DNA of 63,662 bases, filler included, from Octopus bimaculoides (taxonomy: Eukaryota), in assembly GCF_001194135.2 (NCBI RefSeq). It is 6 parts of 6 records of this genome, joined end to end, with 100 filler letters (N's around TTAATTAATTAA, not from the genome) between each part and the next. Parts side by side here need not be neighbours in the genome. Positions count along the whole stretch, not along the records: positions 46,257 to 62,131 come from NC_068987.1; positions 62,232 to 63,662 come from NW_026368907.1; 4 more parts are not named here. One strand, given 5' to 3'. How positions within the stretch are numbered: the first letter of the stretch is position 1; every line of letters begins with the position of its first letter. The notes under the pieces were generated by a model that worked only from the letters and a program-made list of their open reading frames with translations, searched no databases and was not told where the DNA came from. Below, one piece after another: positions 54,419 through 63,662 of the stretch. Position numbers and translations under genes: made by a program.

Positions 54419-55020
54419 NNNNNNNNNNNNNNNNNNNNNNNNNNNNNNNNNNNNNNNNNNNNNNNNNNNNNNNNNNNNNNNNNNNNNNNNNNNNNNNNNN
54501 NNNNNNNNNNNNNNNNNNNNNNNNNNNNNNNNNNNNNNNNNNNNNNNNNNNNNNNNNNNNNNNNNNNNNNNNNNNNNNNNNNNNNNNNNNNNNNNNNNNN
54601 NNNNNNNNNNNNNNNNNNNNNNNNNNNNNNNNNNNNNNNNNNNNNNNNNNNNNNNNNNNNNNNNNNNNNNNNNNNNNNNNNNNNNNNNNNNNNNNNNNNN
54701 NNNNNNNNNNNNNNNNNNNNNNNNNNNNNNNNNNNNNNNNNNNNNNNNNNNNNNNNNNNNNNNNNNNNNNNNNNNNNNNNNNNNNNNNNNNNNNNNNNNN
54801 NNNNNNNNNNNNNNNNNNNNNNNNNNNNNNNNNNNNNNNNNNNNNNNNNNNNNNNNNNNNNNNNNNNNNNNNNNNNNNNNNNNNNNNNNNNNNNNNNNNN
54901 NNNNNNNNNNNNNNNNNNNNNNNNNNNNNNNNNNNNNNNNNNNNNNNNNNNNNNNNNNNNNNNNNNNNNNNNNNNNNNNNNNNNNNNNGAAGAAAAAATA
55001 AATACTTTTACTTTTTCTAC

Positions 55021-55586
55021 CTAGCGTGTAGAAATTGCCTGTTATGGGTAATTTGTCTTATATTTTATATTGAATATGTTGGCTATTGACTTTTTATACA
55101 TGCTAGGCCACTGGTAGTAAAATTTATATATACTCAAATATTTGATATTAAAACTTCAAAGTTCGTTTCGGTAGTTTTCCTTTTCTGCCGACTGAAACTG
55201 CGCCTGCATAGTGGACCTTGAAAAAATTATAACATATATCTAGTGCGTTTTGCTTTTTGTCTGAGTTATATGTTAATCTTTGACGGCTGGTTACTGAAGA
55301 GAATTTGCCTAGTAAATTGCTTTATTTACTAAATAATCCGAAACCTATAGGTCTAACCGTTAAAAATAAGGTAAAAGTTTTTTATATGTTCTTCCCTTTG
55401 AAATGTTTTAACTTTATCGTGGTGGTTTCGGTCGTATTTGACTGTCTTCTAGCGTTTAGAAATTGCCCGTTATGGGTAATTTCTCTTATACTTTATATTG
55501 AATATGTTGTCTATTGACTTTTTTTACATGCTAGTCCACTGGTAGTAAAATTTTGTAAAGTTTTACTACCCTTTATATATACTCAA
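55021..55586 (+). mobile_element. Direct-repeat-bounded hammerhead-bearing unit (Penelope pseudo-LTR or retrozyme-like)
   Basis: Diverged direct repeats at 55021-55137 and 55449-55586 (ctagcg...gaaattgcc.gttatgggtaattt...ggtagtaaaatt...tatatatactcaa), offset 428 bp, with the hammerhead between them. Confidence 0.6.
55279..55364 (+). ncRNA. Type I hammerhead ribozyme motif with intact core
   Basis: Stem I GGTTA(55289-93)/TAACC(55354-58), extended by TTTGAC/GTTAAA after a 4-nt bulge. Core CTGAAGA (55294-300). Stem II GAATT/AATCC (one mismatch) capped by an 8-bp helix TAGTAAAT/ATTTACTA. GAAA at 55340-43. Stem III is the palindrome ACCTATAGGT (55343-52). Cleavage triplet GTC (55351-53). Folded by eye. 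Confidence 0.85.
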
Positions 55587-55824
55587 GTATATGCATTTAT
55601 AGGTATACATATGCATGTGTGTGTATACACACACACATATATATACAAATATTTATATTCATATACATATGTATACATATTATATATATATATATATATA
55701 TATACATACATATATATGTGTATACATATATACATATATGCATATATATATATGTATAGATACATATATACATGNNNNNNNNNNTCTGACTCCTTCTCTT
55801 TCTCTCTCTCTCTCTCCCTCTCCT

Positions 55825-55868
<44 letters not shown>

Positions 55869-58800
55869 ATGGCTGAAACTCCCCACGTACATACATACAC
55901 ACATATATACATACATACACACAAAGATAAATACATGTGTACAGAGATAAATACATGCATAGCTATGTATAATTGCATGTATGTATGTACTGTACATTAC
56001 ATAGGTACGTACATGTGTGTGTGTGTGTGTGTNNNNNNNNNNNNNNNNNNNNNNNNNNNNNNNNNNNNNNNNNNNNNNNNNNNNNNNNNNNNNNNNNNNN
56101 NNNNNNNNNNNNNNNNNNNNNNNNNNNNNNNNNNNNNNNNNNNNNNNNNNNNNNNNNNNNNNNNNNNNNNNNNNNNNNNNNNNNNNNNNNNNNNNNNNNN
56201 NNNNNNNNNNNNNNNNNNNNNNNNNNNNNNNNNNNNNNNNNNNNNNNNNNNNNNNNNNNNNNNNNNNNNNNNNNNNNNNNNNNNNNNNNNNNNNNNNNNN
56301 NNNNNNNNNNNNNNNNNNNNNNNNNNNNNNNNNNNNNNNNNNNNNNNNNNNNNNNNNNNNNNNNNNNNNNNNNNNNNNNNNNNNNNNNNNNNNNNNNNNN
56401 NNNNNNNNNNNNNNNNNNNNNNNNNNNNNNNNNNNNNNNNNNNNNNNNNNNNNNNNNNNNNNNNNNNNNNNNNNNNNNNNNNNNNNNNNNNNNNNNNNNN
56501 NNNNNNNNNNNNNNNNNNNNNNNNNNNNNNNNNNNNNNNNNNNNNNNNNNNNNNNNNNNNNNNNNNNNNNNNNNNNNNNNNNNNNNNNNNNNNNNNNNNN
56601 NNNNNNNNNNNNNNNNNNNNNNNNNNNNNNNNNNNNNNNNNNNNNNNNNNNNNNNNNNNNNNNNNNNNNNNNNNNNNNNNNNNNNNNNNNNNNNNNNNNN
56701 NNNNNNNNNNNNNNNNNNNNNNNNNNNNNNNNNNNNNNTATGTATGTACTGTACATTACATAGGTACGTACATGTGTGTGTGTGTGTGTGTGTGCATATG
56801 AATATACAGTGAAGTATATGTACACCCCCACACATATACATTCAGCTAAGATGCAGTATATTATATGTGAGATTTTCTTCTGAAAATCTTGAATAGTATT
56901 TGACAGGAATCTACTGTGAAATCCCTGTACAATAACGCTAAATATATTCTAACTTAAGAAATCTTCATTCTGTATTATGACAGAACGGTGCGGTTGCATA
57001 ATAATTCCCCTGGCTGTTTATTTCAAGTCTATTACATTTCACGATAACATCTTACTGGAATCGACTTTGTCTTTTATAGTTAAGTTAGTGTTAACGCATT
57101 TAATGTGATGAGCAACAAAATTTTCATTAGTCTAAATTCTCCCTTCATTGCATAGCTGTGCACATTGTATCAATTGTTAAACTTACTTAGGATAGGTAAG
57201 GGCGACAACTACATATATTAAACTATTGAAATTTGGTGTTACACTGAAATCTTCTTTAATTAAGATATGACATATGTATCAGGGAGTGAAAAAATTTAAT
57301 CAGATATTTTATAAGTAGGGTGAACATCACTGGACTGGCAAACTTCAATCATAATCGAAGCCCAGAATTTGAAATAAGGAATTTGATATTTATAGTTAAT
57401 ACAAACAGCTGGGTGGGTGACGCACTTCAAACCTATAAGACAGTTCACCTAGTAGAAGACCACTTCAAACTAATATCTTAAGCTGTCTTGTTTCCAACTC
57501 TGTCCTTTCAAGTCAACCCAAAATTTTCAGAACTCCAACTCCAATGAGTGAGATAAGATTGCGCAGACGGACACCTACTTTGAAACGCAGGCCTGAATAT
57601 CCAACCACCCACAACCTCAGAAATCATTTTCCATACCCAGTTGAGGGCGTATGACAGGTAGAAATTACCATCATAATACCAATATATTTTATATCATCAA
57701 CACATATATAATTAGGGATAATCATGCGATGAGGAAAAACCATAAAAAAAAAAAGAAGCATTTGCTGAATTTATAATTGTTTTCTCTTTCAGCAAACTCC
57801 ATAACCACACAATTTTCCTTAATCCTCACTACAACAAATACATTAGGACGAATATAGCCAAGGTTATTTGTATGAGGATGATATCTTTGTCATAAATTAA
57901 TTAGATAAAGGGATTTACTAAACATTTATAGATCTGCAGGTGGTACAATATATACAAATTTTAAACTAGAATAGATTCAATTATCTCTACTCCTTTATTA
58001 GTTGGGCACTGGATAATTAGAGTCAAGCGTTAGAAAACTATAAGATTTCTGCGGAATCACAAAAAGATTTTGCCCGATTAATATCCAGAACCTCTTGATT
58101 TATCAAGCAATTAATACCTACACAAACATAGATATATATTAACACGCATGCGCACACACACACCTTTATTTACATATGGATATATGTATATACGTATATA
58201 AAACTACATGTGAATTTATGAAAACATATACATTCTCACATATATACACATTCCTACGCACACGGATATATGGGCATTCACAAGAGTTTGTAATTACAAA
58301 CAAGCAAAATAGTTAGTGTATAAAATGGAGTGTAAATATTTTAGTTAGACTTAAAACTGCTTCAATTGTAACAATGATTCTAATATGCCTTTGATTACAG
58401 CTGAACAGTCGATAGCGTAAAATTACGATTTGACAACAAAAACGGAAGTCAAGCATAACACTCTTTGCTATGCATAGATAAACGCATGTGTATACGTATA
58501 TAAATGTCTGCCTGTATGTATGCATGCATGCATGTATGTATGTGTACATCTATATACACATATACATAAACACACACACACACACACATGTATATATATA
58601 ACATGGATATAAACAGTTACACATATGCCTCAGGGTATAGACTGCCACATTGAGAACAAACACTGAGTGCTGTTAAACAGGGACATACCCTCCTTGTCTG
58701 TCACGCCTATGTTTTAAGGAAGTTTATATTTGATTATCTTCAATTCCAGTTCTTTATCAAGTACTATTACAACCGAACTTAATATATACCAATATATGTC

Positions 58801-59052
58801 AAATACCAAGACATTACTACACACACAGACACGCACACACACATTCACAAGATCTATAAATGTACGCCACATAAGCAATATATGGTGGTCGTTAATAAGT
58901 CTTCAAGCTTGACCTCATTTTCATTGCAAGCACATGCTAGTAACATGCCCTCAACGTGAATACCTGCTCATGATGTCACTTTAAATTTTGTTTTTGTGAT
59001 AAATGTAGCATTAACTCCATATTGTGCCTTATTCTTATATATAAATACATTT

Positions 59053-59103
<51 letters not shown>

Positions 59104-59490
59104 NNNNNNNNNNNNNNNNNNNNNNNNNNNNNNNNNNNNNNNNNNNNNNNNNNNNNNNNNNNNNNNNNNNNNNNNNNNNNNNNNNNNNNNNNNNNNNNNN
59201 NNNNNNNNNNNNNNNNNNNNNNNNNNNNNNNNNNNNNNNNNNNNNNNNNNNNNNNNNNNNNNNNNNNNNNNNNNNNNNNNNNNNNNNNNNNNNNNNNNNN
59301 NNNNNNNNNNNNNNNNNNNNNNNNNNNNNNNNNNNNNNNNNNNNNNNNNNNNNNNNNNNNNNNNNNNNNNNNNNNNNNNNNNNNNNNNNNNNNNNNNNNN
59401 NNNNNNNNNNNNNNNNNNNNNNNNNNNNNNNNNNNNNNNNNNNNNNNNNNNNNNNNNNNNNNNNNNNNNNNNNNNNNNNNNNNNNNNNNN

Positions 59491-59577
<87 letters not shown>

Positions 59578-61804
59578 GAGAGATAAATGCATTGGTTGTT
59601 GGACGTATGGATACATGTGCGTATGTATATGCAAAACTTCCTGCATACCTGTGTGTATGTTTACTCGTTTCATGTGTACTAATTCTAGTAGTCGTAAAAT
59701 ATGTCTGAAAAGAGATACTATACATCATTTGCAATGATTCGAGACGAAGCAAAGCGAAAACAACAAACAAAAACACAATGTTATACTGCTATAGTGTTTA
59801 TACGTTTCATAATAATGTTATTTATCACACTGCCGCCAAATATGTGCAATTATTGAGTTATTTTCCATTTCGGCAAACATGATAACGTCATATAATTCGA
59901 AATAAAAGGAAGAAAAAATATTAATAAACAGCTAATACTTTCACGTGTTGATAATTACGCATTCAATGTTCAATTTTATTTTCAAAGGAAACTGAAGCAT
60001 ATATCTTCAGAAAGATATATTAATGGTTGTATTGCTTTACTTCTTCTTCTTTTTGCTTCTTTCGGTTTGTACATGGATGTATTTTATTAATTTACGTTTT
60101 ATTCCATACTTCGAATTTTTCATATTCTCGTTTTTCTATTGCATTTACTATATAAGTTATTAAAATTGCAAAATGTCGTGGCTTATTGTCGTACTAGCAT
60201 ATATATATATATATATATANNNNNNNNNNNNNNNNNNNNNNNNNNNNNNNNNNNNNNNNNNNNNNNNNNNNNNNNNNNNNNNNNNNNNNNNNNNNNNNNN
60301 NNNNNNNNNNNNNNNNNNNNNNNNNNNNNNNNNNNNNNNNNNNNNNNNNNNNNNNNNNNNNNNNNNNNNNNNNNNNNNNNNNNNNNNNNNNNNNNNNNNN
60401 NNNNNNNNNNNNNNNNNNNNNNNNNNNNNNNNNNNNNNNNNNNNNNNNNNNNNNNNNNNNNNNNNNNNNNNNNNNNNNNNNNNNNNNNNNNNNNNNNNNN
60501 NNNNNNNNNNNNNNNNNNNNNNNNNNNNNNNNNNNNNNNNNNNNNNNNNNNNNNNNNNNNNNNNNNNNNNNNNNNNNNNNNNNNNNNNNNNNNNNNNNNN
60601 NNNNNNNNNNNNNNNNNNNNNNNNNNNNNNNNNNNNNNNNNNNNNNNNNNNNNNNNNNNNNNNNNNNNNNNNNNNNNNNNNNNNNNNNNNNNNNNNNNNN
60701 NNNNNNNNNNNNNNNNNNNNNNNNNNNNNNNNNNNNNNNNNNNNNNNNNNNNNNNNNNNNNNNNNNNNNNNNNNNNNNNNNNNNNNNNNNNNNNNNNNNN
60801 NNNNNNNNNNNNNNNNNNNNNNNNNNNNNNNNNNNNNNNNNNNNNNNNNNNNNNNNNNNNNNNNNNNNNNNNNNNNNNNNNNNNNNNNNNNNNNNNNNNN
60901 NNNNNNNNNNNNNNNNNNNNNNNNNNNNNNNNNNNNNNNNNNNNNNNNNNNNNNNNNNNNNNNNNNNNNNNNNNNNNNNNNNNNNNNNNNNATATAAATA
61001 CAATTGGATAAATGTGTATGCGTATGAATCTGTATGCGTATGAATCTCTTGACTTTACTAGCTCTCACTATTTTAATATTATCTCTAAATGTCTTTTGAC
61101 CTCCATCTCGGCTAATTTTTCTGTTATTTTTCTTCTTATTCACTCATTTTAGCTACGATACACTGGCTTATTTTTATTCCATTCCTTTTTATCCTTCCCT
61201 TTTTCTTTTTGATCTCTATCTATCTATCTAGCCATCTATCTTTCAATATTTCTTTATCAGCTTCTTTGACCTCTATGCCTTTTGCAACAAAACCTTTCCC
61301 TGGTTATTGTTTCCCATCATATTCCATAGTGCCATTTTATAAACAGCCTTCTCAGAAACTTGATTTCATCTTACGCTACAGCAGCAGTAGTAATATGAAC
61401 CACTTTTTGTTTTTCTATTCAATCTGATCCACGTCCACAAATACTAAGCATCGCTGGCGTGCCGTTCTAGTTAATATCGTCTCTGTTCTATTTTTTAGAT
61501 GTTGCCACCACCTTGATCAATCCTCAATTTTTATATCACTATTTCCTTCTCCATTACATAACCACACACACAAAAAATCATTGTCGTCTCAGATATAAAT
61601 ATTAATTACAATGTTAGAAATGACGAACAGAAGTGGGGATCAATGATTCATATCACTAAGTAGTTTTCAGTGTAGTTGTCCTAAATCTACAGGAAAAGTG
61701 ATTCAATATTACTAAGTGATGTGAAAGTTGATGTTTGAATGGTAGTAAGGTGTTTAAATGTCAGTGAGCAGGTCTTCTTAGATATACGATCAATCACTCT
61801 AATA

Positions 61805-61892
<88 letters not shown>

Positions 61893-62070
61893 TGGGGATT
61901 GTTGTGAAAAGATAAATAAGTATGAAGTGAAAGCAAACATAACAGTGTTTTGTGCTTATAGACTGTAAGGACTTCCACTTGATACAAATGTCGTAAGTAC
62001 AACTTACAATCTCTGATGAAATCGCACAGCGTACAAATTCAGCAAAGAAGACTATGTGTGCGTATATATG

Positions 62071-62131
<61 letters not shown>

Positions 62132-62231
62132 NNNNNNNNNNNNNNNNNNNNNNNNNNNNNNNNNNNNNNNNNNNNTTAATTAATTAANNNNNNNNNNNNN
62201 NNNNNNNNNNNNNNNNNNNNNNNNNNNNNNN

Positions 62232-62510
62232 GATTTGGTAGACGGAAACTGAAAGAAGCCTGTCGTATATATGTATATATATATATGTATGTGTGTATGT
62301 GTTTGTATGTCTGTGTTTGTCCCCCGAACATCGCTTGACAACCGATGCTGGTGTGTTTACGTCCCCGTAACTTAGCGGTTCGGCAAAAGAGACCGAAAGA
62401 ATAAGTACTAGGCTTCCAAAGAATAAGTCCTGGGGTCGATTTGCTCGACTAAAGGCGGTGCTCCAGCATGGCCACAGTCAAAAGACTGAAACAAGTAAAA
62501 GAGTAAAAGA
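62232..62510 (+). mobile_element. SINE family B 3' two-thirds (head lost in gap)
   Basis: gatttggtagacggaaactgaaagaagcc...gtaacttagcggttcggc...gactgaaacaagtaaaagagtaaaaga. Confidence 0.9.
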
Positions 62511-62583
62511 ATATATATATTACATATATGATATATATATTATATACGTATATATTATATACATATATATTACATATATAAGA

Positions 62584-62620
<37 letters not shown>

Positions 62621-62630
62621 TATTTATACA

Positions 62631-62663
<33 letters not shown>

Positions 62664-62679
62664 TATATATATATATATC

Positions 62680-63662
62680 GGCATAGCTGGAAAACTTGGG
62701 GAGTGATTACATGACTTTCTGAAAGATAGAAGTCAGGCAGTAGTGGCCAATGGAGCCACCTCAAAGAAAATACAAATAGTGAGCAGTGTTCCACAGGGCA
62801 CTGTCTTGGGACCATTGCTTTTCATAGTGGCCCTCTCAGATATGCCCTCAACTACCCGGATAGCCACCCTTGCTAGCCACGCAGATGATACGAAAGTCTT
62901 GCAGGAAATACAGAACCTCAGCGATGTTGCACATCTGCAGCAGGAGTTGAATTGAATTTGCAGATGGGCTGAGGATAATAATATGCAATATAGTTCTGAA
63001 AAAATTTCAAGCCCTGTACTACCAGCATCCAAAACTGAATATGAAACATACAGGGTACACTGGTCCACAGGGAATTACAATTTGAGAGCCTAAATCAGTG
63101 AAGGTCCTGGGTATCGTCATGAGTGATGATACCTCTTTCCAAGTGCACATTACCAAGATGGTGACAAAGTGCAGACGACTGGCTTGATGGATCCTAAGAA
63201 CATTCAGTACCAGAGATAATGAAATCATGATGCTCGTATGGAGGAAATTTGTTCTCATCCACCTGGATTACTGCTCCCAGCTATGTTCACCCAACAGTGT
63301 AAAATTTACAGTGGACCTTGAAGCAATCCAGCGAAGCTTCACAAAGAAGATCATCTCTTTGCAACAGCTCAGTTACTGGGAAAGGTTCAAAAAGCTAAGA
63401 CTCTACTCTCTGGAGCGAAGGTGAGAGATGTATGTGGTAATATACATCTGGAAGATCCTGGATGGAATTGTGCCAAATTTTGGCATTGAAAGCTACACCG
63501 ATGCCAGAACGGGTCGACACTGCATAGTGCGAAACATCCTAGCAATGCCATCACACTTCAGGACCAGTTACTGCAACAGCCTGGGATCATGGGCCCACAG
63601 CTTTTTAATATTCTCCCAAACAACATGAGGACCTTGCACATAGTCGATGCAGGCATTTTAAA
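62680..63662 (+). mobile_element. CR1-like LINE reverse transcriptase relic, runs off window
   Basis: GIAGKLGE*LHDFLKDRSQAVVANG...VPQGTVLGPLLF...HADDTK...KVLGIVMS...HLDYCSQL...LRLYSLERR, with in-frame stops. Confidence 0.92.

Noticed and set aside
55975-56790. Identical ~50-bp sequence on both sides of a 700-N gap
   Set aside because: Most simply an unmerged contig overlap or scaffolding artefact rather than a real duplication.
57300-57660. PLQTNILSCLVSN resembling a CR1 endonuclease motif
   Set aside because: A single weak motif with no collinear support.

Overview
AT-rich, gap-riddled eukaryotic scaffold made of microsatellites, SINEs and decayed transposon relics. The repeat families and the (AT)n/(AC)n/(AAT)n/(AGAT)n load look like an octopus (cephalopod) genome; this is an inference from recognition and was not database-checked. 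I found no intact protein-coding gene or convincing spliced exon, and nearly all supplied ORFs are translated microsatellites or N-gaps. Recognisable content: a decayed Tc1/mariner (maT/DD37D-like) transposon at 15.1-16.2 kb, a second mariner-type fragment at 10.3 kb, a ~605-bp MITE with perfect 38-bp TIRs, LINE relics (Tx1/L1-like at 50-51.3 kb, CR1-like at 31.7 and 62.7 kb, RTE-like at 29.4 and 52.1 kb), a heavily decayed Penelope-like element at about 35-36.7 kb, and about 20 SINE copies from three families. The most interesting signal is not in the ORF track: five hammerhead-ribozyme-like motifs. The one at 55279-55364 has an intact catalytic core, all three stems and a palindromic stem III, and it lies between ~120-bp direct repeats offset by 428 bp, an arrangement like a Penelope pseudo-LTR or a retrozyme. 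Hammerheads in Penelope-like elements and retrozymes are a known class; whether these particular families are described or active could not be checked. TTAATTAATTAA inside five gaps is an assembly linker.
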